From NCBI GenBank assembly GCA_963666425.2, contig OY762825.2:2624001-2688000 (forward strand): DNA of 64,000 nt, in the 5' to 3' direction. The notes under the pieces are model-generated. The model made no database searches. It worked only from the letters and a program-made list of their open reading frames with translations, and was not told where the DNA came from. This stretch comes from Bacillota bacterium (GTDB taxonomy: Bacteria; Bacillota; JAAYKD01). How positions within the stretch are numbered: position 1 is the stretch's first letter; each line of letters opens with the position of its first letter. Below, piece by piece: positions 57,941 through 64,000 of the stretch. The position numbers and the translations under genes are program-made.

Positions 57941-59620
57941 ATGGAAAATATGAAATTTCAAGATTTCACTCTCTCAGAAGAGTTGAAAAAGGCAGTTGCG
58001 GATATGGGTTATGAAGATCCCACACCCATTCAGCAGCAAAGCATCCCTCTCATTTTGGAGGGACGCGATGTGACCGGTCAAAGTCAGACCGGCAGCGGCA
58101 AGACCGCCGCATTCGGATTACCGGCGCTCGATCGGATCGATTTGAGCCTCAGCCCTTCTTTTGTCCAGGTATTGATCCTTTGCCCAACCAGAGAATTGGC
58201 TTTACAAGGCGCGGACGAACTGCGCAAATTCGCCAAATATAAAAACGGCGTCCAAATTGTCACCATTTTTGGCGGCGATTCCTATGAGCGCCAATTTACG
58301 CAGCTGAGACATGGCTGCCAAATTGTCGTCGGCACGCCGGGTCGGATCATGGATCACATGCGGCGCAAGACGCTGAATATTTCTCGCATCAAGATGCTGA
58401 TTTTGGACGAAGCGGATGAAATGCTCAACATGGGTTTCCGGGAAGACATTGAGACAATCCTGCTGGATGCGCCGGCAGAGCGTCAGACGATTTTGTTTTC
58501 CGCCACCATGCCGCAGGCGATTCTGGAACTGACCCGTAATTTCCAGCGCGATCCGGAATTTGTGCAGATTGAAAATAAACAGATGACGGTTCCTACTTTG
58601 GAACAATTCTATTTTGAAACACCGCGCGGCCGCAAGACCGACGCTTTATGCAGTTTACTTGCTTATTTCCAACCGAAACGCGCCATCATTTTCTGCAACA
58701 CCAAAAAAATGGTGGATGAATTGGTGGAAGAATTGGGTGGCAGAGGCTATCCTTCCCAAGGCTTGCATGGTGATATGCAGCAGAGCAAACGTACCCAAGT
58801 CATGAACCAGTACAAAGCCGGTAAATTTGAAATTTTAGTCGCCACCGATGTCGCCGCCCGCGGTATTGATGTCGATGATATTGAAATTGTTTTAAATTAC
58901 GATCTGCCCATGGATGAAGAATACTACGTCCATCGCATCGGCAGAACCGCACGGGCAGGCAAAACCGGCAAATCATTCACGCTGATTCAGGGCCGCGGCC
59001 AGTTTAATCAGCTGAGAGATATCATGCACTATACCAAGAGCAATATCAAACAGCGCGCCTTGCCGTCGATTGCCGAAATCAAAGATCATAAACTGCAGCA
59101 GCGGGTCAATGATGTGCTTGCTTTCATGAAGACGGAAGAGTATAAAAGATTTATACCCATTATTGAACAGATGTCGGATGAAGAACACGGCGCCGCCGAG
59201 ATTGCGGCAGCGATTTTTGCCATGACGTTCAAACAGGAACAAACAATGGAAGGTTTGAGTGACCTAACGGTCATTTCCGAAATTTCCGACATGACAGAAG
59301 AAGGCAGACAAGCCGCGAAACGCCGGCCGGATTTCAAAATCGGTAAAGATGGCAAACCTATCCATGATAAAGACCGCCGTGTTGTGCGCGGACCCGGTAC
59401 GGCAGTGATAAAAATTTCTATCGGTCATAATGATCATGTTTCCGCCAGCCATATCTTAAGTGCGGTTGCAGGCGGCACCGGTATGTCCGGTAAACTGATC
59501 GGCGCGATTACGATTCAGCAGACTTACAGTCTGGTGGATGTTCCCAAGGAATTAAGAAAATCCATTGTAGACAAACTGAACAATACCAAAATCAAAGGTA
59601 AAACCGTCAAGGTAATCTAG
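57941..59620 (+). CDS. DEAD-box RNA helicase with DbpA-type RNA-binding domain
   Basis: PTPIQ, GSGKT, PTRELA, TPGR, DEAD, SAT, ARGID, HRIGRTAR. Confidence 0.95.
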   Translation: MENMKFQDFTLSEELKKAVADMGYEDPTPIQQQSIPLILEGRDVTGQSQTGSGKTAAFGLPALDRIDLSLSPSFVQVLILCPTRELALQGADELRKFAKYKNGVQIVTIFGGDSYERQFTQLRHGCQIVVGTPGRIMDHMRRKTLNISRIKMLILDEADEMLNMGFREDIETILLDAPAERQTILFSATMPQAILELTRNFQRDPEFVQIENKQMTVPTLEQFYFETPRGRKTDALCSLLAYFQPKRAIIFCNTKKMVDELVEELGGRGYPSQGLHGDMQQSKRTQVMNQYKAGKFEILVATDVAARGIDVDDIEIVLNYDLPMDEEYYVHRIGRTARAGKTGKSFTLIQGRGQFNQLRDIMHYTKSNIKQRALPSIAEIKDHKLQQRVNDVLAFMKTEEYKRFIPIIEQMSDEEHGAAEIAAAIFAMTFKQEQTMEGLSDLTVISEISDMTEEGRQAAKRRPDFKIGKDGKPIHDKDRRVVRGPGTAVIKISIGHNDHVSASHILSAVAGGTGMSGKLIGAITIQQTYSLVDVPKELRKSIVDKLNNTKIKGKTVKVI

Positions 59621-59636
59621 GTCAGACATGATTTTT

Positions 59637-59672
59637 AAAATACTCTGCTAATATGGCAGGGTATTTTTTTTT
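59637..59672 (+). terminator. terminator after the helicase
   Basis: AAAATACTCTGC...GCAGGGTATTTTTTTTT. Confidence 0.75.
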
Positions 59673-59679
59673 AGAATGC

Positions 59680-59706
59680 GGAACAATTCGTTAAAATTAA
59701 CGTCTA
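59680..59706 (+). promoter_or_regulatory. ECF-sigma-type promoter upstream of the LCP gene
   Basis: GGAAC-N16-CGTCTA. Confidence 0.55.
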
Positions 59707-59804
59707 TTTCATAAAGATGTCATGATTCACTCTTGCTAAGTGAACGGAATCTTCCTATAATACAAAGTAACGCCAAATGCAAAATGAAAAGTCGGAGTGA
59801 TAAA

Positions 59805-61025
59805 ATGCAAACTGCTGAGGGAAGTAGAAGATCGAAGGCGAGTGTAGCGAAAAAGAGAAAGAAAGTACTGATCGTAATATTGGCAGCCTTGGCAGTCTTT
59901 ACTTTATCGGTAGGGGCTACAATCGGCATTTATGCGCTGCGTCATCCTGAAAGTAATTTATTTGGTTGGTTCGGTTCCAAAGTAAAGCAATCGGCTGAAG
60001 GAGAGGATTTGCCTACGCTTTCAGGTGGCTTTAATTTACTGGCTGTCGGTGTGGATGAACGAAGCGATGATTTAGGCAGATCGGATACGATGCTTTTCTT
60101 TTCGATGCCGGCAGACGGCGGTTCGCCTTTAATGCTCTCCATTCCCCGCGATACGATGATTTGGAGTGATGAGGCAGAGGATTATGACCGCATCAACAAT
60201 GTCTATCCCGAGCATGGTATTGAAGCAACCGTCAGTACAGTGCAGAATCTTTTGGGTGTGCCGATCGATGGTTACATTAAAATCAATATCGAAGGCTTTG
60301 TGGAATTGGTCAACATTTTAGGCGGTGTGACCGTAACGGTGGACGAAGCCATGGATTATGATGATCCCTACCAAGATCTCTATATTCATCTTCAGCCCGG
60401 TGAAATGCTGATGGATGGTCAGACGGCGATGGAATATGTGCGCTTTCGTGCTGATGGTGCCGGTGATATCGGCAGAATTGCCAGACAGCAGAAGTTTATC
60501 AAAGCAGCTATTTCCCAAGCCTTAAGCGTCAATAAAATCAGCAAGCTGCCGAGCTTAATCAAACAAGGTTTTTCCATGGTGGAAACGAATCTCAGCCTAA
60601 AGCAACTGCTGACGGTAGCCAACACAGTGATCAGCAAAGGATTCAGCAATTTCGAGACGGCTACTTTACCAGGGGATGGGCTCTATTACGGCGATATGGC
60701 CCTTTATATGCTGCGTTTGGATGAGATGTATGAGATGTTAGCCGATTTGCTGGTTCCTACAGATCAGGAAGCGGATTATCTGGAGCTCCTCAAGCAAAAC
60801 TGGACGAGTGATTATATCGCCTTACATGATGCGAAACTGCAGATTGCCCAACAAATCTGGGCAGAAACGGGGATGTCGCTCTCGGAAGCGCAGTATGCGG
60901 AATGGCTGGCCAGTCATCATTGGGTCGATCCCGGCGTCCCGGTCACGGAGGATCCCGTCACCGAAGCGCCGATTGAGCCGACGGTGCCTCCAACCAAACC
61001 TCCCGCCGCTGTTATCACACCATAA
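59805..61025 (+). CDS. LytR-CpsA-Psr (LCP) cell-wall glycopolymer transferase
   Basis: Basic N-tail plus TM; GVDER, RSDTM, SIPRDT, YVRFR, DIGRIARQQ; Pro/Thr-rich tail; start uncertain. Confidence 0.92.
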   Translation: MQTAEGSRRSKASVAKKRKKVLIVILAALAVFTLSVGATIGIYALRHPESNLFGWFGSKVKQSAEGEDLPTLSGGFNLLAVGVDERSDDLGRSDTMLFFSMPADGGSPLMLSIPRDTMIWSDEAEDYDRINNVYPEHGIEATVSTVQNLLGVPIDGYIKINIEGFVELVNILGGVTVTVDEAMDYDDPYQDLYIHLQPGEMLMDGQTAMEYVRFRADGAGDIGRIARQQKFIKAAISQALSVNKISKLPSLIKQGFSMVETNLSLKQLLTVANTVISKGFSNFETATLPGDGLYYGDMALYMLRLDEMYEMLADLLVPTDQEADYLELLKQNWTSDYIALHDAKLQIAQQIWAETGMSLSEAQYAEWLASHHWVDPGVPVTEDPVTEAPIEPTVPPTKPPAAVITP

Positions 61026-61038
61026 ACAAAACAAACAA

Positions 61039-61113
61039 AAAGCAGCAGGCAGATCGTGCCAGGAAGCCAGACAGTGGAAAAGGATTACACTCCAACGTTC
61101 TGCCTGCTGCTTT
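61039..61113. terminator. 15-bp inverted repeat between convergent genes (probable bidirectional terminator)
   Basis: AAAGCAGCAGGCAGA ... TCTGCCTGCTGCTTT with a 45-nt loop. Confidence 0.55.
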
Positions 61114-61154
61114 CTATTCTGCTTTCCTGTTTTGCACGGATCATCCATACTATT

Positions 61155-61556
61155 CTATCTGACGATCGAATCCACTGCCGGATCGCCGGTGCTTATTAAT
61201 TCAATCACGAGCCGATGCGGCAGGCAGACGGCCATGTCACCCAGCTTCTGCAGCCAGCCAGCTTTGACGTCAATCTGTTCGGCGCAATTTGCGGCTTTGA
61301 CACGAATTCTGCCGTGGTCTACTTCGATCGTATTATAATCTTTGCCTGCTGCATCCCAAACTGTAAATTCATAGGCTTGCTTGACCAAACTAAGGTCAAT
61401 GCGTTCGATCACGACGCCATTTTGGCTGATCTGTGCAGTCAGCGGCGCATCGCTCTGCAGCCAATGCCAGACGGGGTAGACGAGAGACAAGAGAAGAACA
61501 AGCGTTAGGAACATCGCCAGAAACAAATCACCGCGGCGCAGTTTATACGGCAGCAT
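61155..61556 (-). CDS. NusG domain II-containing membrane-anchored protein (DUF1312-like)
   Basis: N-terminal TM after GD motif; NTIEV, IRVKAANC, VCLPHRLVI. Confidence 0.8.
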   Translation of the reverse strand: MLPYKLRRGDLFLAMFLTLVLLLSLVYPVWHWLQSDAPLTAQISQNGVVIERIDLSLVKQAYEFTVWDAAGKDYNTIEVDHGRIRVKAANCAEQIDVKAGWLQKLGDMAVCLPHRLVIELISTGDPAVDSIVR

Positions 61557-62760
61557 GATCTTGAATCAGCTGAATTGCCTGGGTGAAGAAGGCAGAGAGA
61601 TCGGCATTGCCGGGGAGATTGCCTTGCACCAAGACAGGTGAGCCGCCGCCTTTGCCGCCGAAGCTTTGATTCAGTTCTTTCAGGATCAGGTTACAATTTT
61701 GCGGCAGGTCAGCGGAACGGGCCAGCGTGATCTGCGGCGGTGTGTTCTCAATCGCCAACAAGCAAATAGTTTGAGGATGGTCGACCAAATACAGTGCCAG
61801 TTTCTTTAAGTCTGCCAAGGTCCGTGCGGCAGGCAAGCGGACTTTCACCATAGTCATTCCGTTTTGCTGCTGACTTTGCTGGTAGTAACGCTCTGCTTCC
61901 AATTGCAGCAGCTGTTCTTCCGTTTCTGCTAAACGTCTGAGGGTGTCTTTGTTTTGCTGTAAAAAGCGCGGCAGGGCTTGCTGCAGTTCGCTGTCTTTAA
62001 CTGAAAGCTCATTTGCCAGCTGCAGCACGAGTGTATTTTTCCAGGCGTAATCAGCTAAGGCGCGGCCGCCACAGAAAAACTCGACGCGGGTGACTGCTTT
62101 GGATCGTTCCCAACGGCGAATCTTGATCATACCGATCTCGCCGGTGGACTCCGGATGGGTACCGCCGCAGGGAACCATATCGTAGTCTTTGATATCGATG
62201 ATGCGAATATCTTCACTGACCTTGGGTAACTTCCGCAAAGGCATTTTGGCCAATTCTTCCGGCGTTACCCAATGCCGCAGGATGCGATGGTTTTCCCAAA
62301 CAATGTGATTGGCAGTGGCTTCGACTAAATCAATTTCCTCCGCTGTGATCTGCTGAACATCCAAGTCGATGGTCAGATTGGTTTCAGTCAAATGAAAGCC
62401 GATGGTCTGGGCATTGCAGTGCGCTAAAAAAGCCTCAGATAAGATATGCTGGCCGGCATGCTGCTGCATGAAATCAAAACGGCGTGGCCAATCGATTTGA
62501 CAATGTGCCACAGGACCGCCCGGATTGGCTGCCGAGATGTGCAGCACACGGTGCTCCCATTCCACGACATCCATCACCCTTGCTTGGTTGATGCTGCCGG
62601 TATCGTGCGGCTGTCCGCCGGAAGTAGGATAAAAAGCTGTCTGCGTCAGTTCAGTTTCCCATAAGCCCTGTTCATTCTGCCGGCAGGAGAGGATTTCCGC
62701 TGTGAATTCTTTAAGGTAGGGTTGATCGTAATAGAGTTTCCCTTGAATCATTTTATTCAC
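61543..62760 (-). CDS. alanyl-tRNA editing protein (AlaX-L type, DHHA1 domain)
   Basis: LYYDQPY, TAFYPTSGGQPHD, QQHAGQHILS (HxxxH), CGGTH, GGKGGG. Confidence 0.88.
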   Translation of the reverse strand: MNKMIQGKLYYDQPYLKEFTAEILSCRQNEQGLWETELTQTAFYPTSGGQPHDTGSINQARVMDVVEWEHRVLHISAANPGGPVAHCQIDWPRRFDFMQQHAGQHILSEAFLAHCNAQTIGFHLTETNLTIDLDVQQITAEEIDLVEATANHIVWENHRILRHWVTPEELAKMPLRKLPKVSEDIRIIDIKDYDMVPCGGTHPESTGEIGMIKIRRWERSKAVTRVEFFCGGRALADYAWKNTLVLQLANELSVKDSELQQALPRFLQQNKDTLRRLAETEEQLLQLEAERYYQQSQQQNGMTMVKVRLPAARTLADLKKLALYLVDHPQTICLLAIENTPPQITLARSADLPQNCNLILKELNQSFGGKGGGSPVLVQGNLPGNADLSAFFTQAIQLIQDHAAV

Positions 62761-62931
62761 CTTATTCTTTTTTCTTCTATTATAACGATTGTGACGCTAA
62801 AAAGAAAGAGCGTCTGAAAAAATCTCCTTCGATTCAGAAGGAGTCTGAGATTTCCTTAGAGAATAGAAATAATCATCGGTCTGATTTAGGGCCGATGAGG
62901 ATTCATTCTATTTTTTAAGGAGGAGATTGCA

Positions 62932-64000
62932 TTGATTACAGCGATTCGCGGCGGTAAGGTCTATACCATTACCAACGGTACTCTGGAGAACGGCACAGTA
63001 TTAATTGAAAACGGTAAAATTAAGGCTGTCGGCAGTAAGGTTGCCATTCCGAAAGGCGCAACCATTATCGAAGCAGCCGGTAAAACAGTAATGCCCGGTT
63101 TGATTGATTCCCATTCTCATCTCTCCCTGTTTGGCGATCCCAGTTTGCCTGCCACATCCGACGGCAATGAAATCACGAATTACAATACAGCCGAATTAAG
63201 AGGCATGGATTCCCTCAATCCGGATGATCCTGCGATTCCCGTTGTCCGCGCTGCCGGTGTGACGACCGTTTATACCGGTCCCGGCTCTGCCAATATTATC
63301 GGTGGTACCGGCTTTGCCATGAAATTGCGTGGCCGCACCGTTGATGAAATGATCATTCCGGGTACTGAAGGCATGAAGATGGCTTTAGGCGAAAATCCCA
63401 AACGCTGCTATGGCGATATGAAAAAAGTATTCCCGGCTACCCGGATGGGCAATGCCGCTGCGCTGCGTTTGTCCTTGGTTGCCGCGCAGAATTACTTAAA
63501 TAAGATTGAACAAGCCGAAAAAGAAGGCAAGCCGTTACCGGATCGTGATCTGAAGCTGGAAGCCGTTGGCCGCGTCTTAAAACGCGAAATCAAAGCGCGT
63601 ATCCATGCACATCGCGCCGATGATATCCTGACTGCCATTCGTATTTCTGAAGAATTCAATATTGATTATGTCATTGAGCACTGCACAGAAGGCTATAAGA
63701 TCGCCGATATCCTGGCCGCCAAACATGTGCGCGCTACCGTCGGTCCTTTACTGATGGGCCACAGCAAACATGAGCTTTGGAATGTCTCTCTGCAAAACCC
63801 TGCCATCTTAGCCAAAGCCGGCGTAAAAGTTGGTTTGCAGGCCGATACAGCTGCCGATACAAAATATCTGCCGATCAATATTGGTATCTGCATGCGCGAA
63901 GGCTTAAGCGAAGAAGACGCTTTCCGCGGCGTGACCATCGTTGCTGCCGAGATCCTTGGTCTGGAAGACAGATTGGGTTCTCTGGAAGTCGGTAAAGATG
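62932..64000 (+). CDS. amidohydrolase family metalloenzyme, 3'-truncated by the window edge
   Basis: AAGGAGGAG RBS, TTG start; MITAIRGGKVYT..., PGLIDSHSH, KMALGENPK, IHAHRADD, IEH; open to the window end, so missing from the ORF track. Confidence 0.88.
   Translation, partial: MITAIRGGKVYTITNGTLENGTVLIENGKIKAVGSKVAIPKGATIIEAAGKTVMPGLIDSHSHLSLFGDPSLPATSDGNEITNYNTAELRGMDSLNPDDPAIPVVRAAGVTTVYTGPGSANIIGGTGFAMKLRGRTVDEMIIPGTEGMKMALGENPKRCYGDMKKVFPATRMGNAAALRLSLVAAQNYLNKIEQAEKEGKPLPDRDLKLEAVGRVLKREIKARIHAHRADDILTAIRISEEFNIDYVIEHCTEGYKIADILAAKHVRATVGPLLMGHSKHELWNVSLQNPAILAKAGVKVGLQADTAADTKYLPINIGICMREGLSEEDAFRGVTIVAAEILGLEDRLGSLEVGKD

Noticed and set aside
60808-61338. 176-aa + strand and 108-aa - strand ORFs across the LCP/NusG-II junction
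   Set aside because: Overlap two real genes and the intergenic inverted repeat; no family motifs

Overview
This 64-kb window (roughly 50% GC by eye) is core chromosome from an anaerobic Bacillota (Firmicutes, Clostridia-like) bacterium. It is almost entirely + strand and is dominated by translation, RNA-modification and replication housekeeping genes. Four classical Firmicute synteny blocks lie back to back: (i) darA-yaaR-holB-yaaT-trmN6...abrB/metG-tatD-rnmV-rsmA; (ii) rex-murE-hinT-rpsU-yqeY...phoH-pgpH-ybeY-era-recO...ccpN-yqfL-dnaG-sigA-tRNAs-trmK-rnpB-tRNAs; (iii) rluB-yhiN-cmk-plsC-ispH/rpsA-DUF512-der-gpsA; (iv) alaS-trmL-trpS-glyS, infC-rpmI-rplT, pheST-U32-mutS2, then a DEAD helicase, an LCP protein, AlaX and an amidohydrolase. 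RNA features are 8 tRNA genes, a type A RNase P RNA, three T-boxes (Met, Ala, Phe) and an L20 leader. I see no prophage, transposase, CRISPR array, defence island or clearly new multi-gene system. The observations worth a second look are subtle: an internal promoter plus RBS inside the ispH-rpsA fusion, a MurE with DDPH instead of DNPR, three aaRS genes apparently behind one Ala T-box, a 22-nt-period hairpin repeat after tRNA-Tyr, candidate structured leaders, an AUC-started infC, and the absence of sporulation genes from their usual loci while sigH-like promoters persist. All calls come from reading motifs by eye; no database searches were run.
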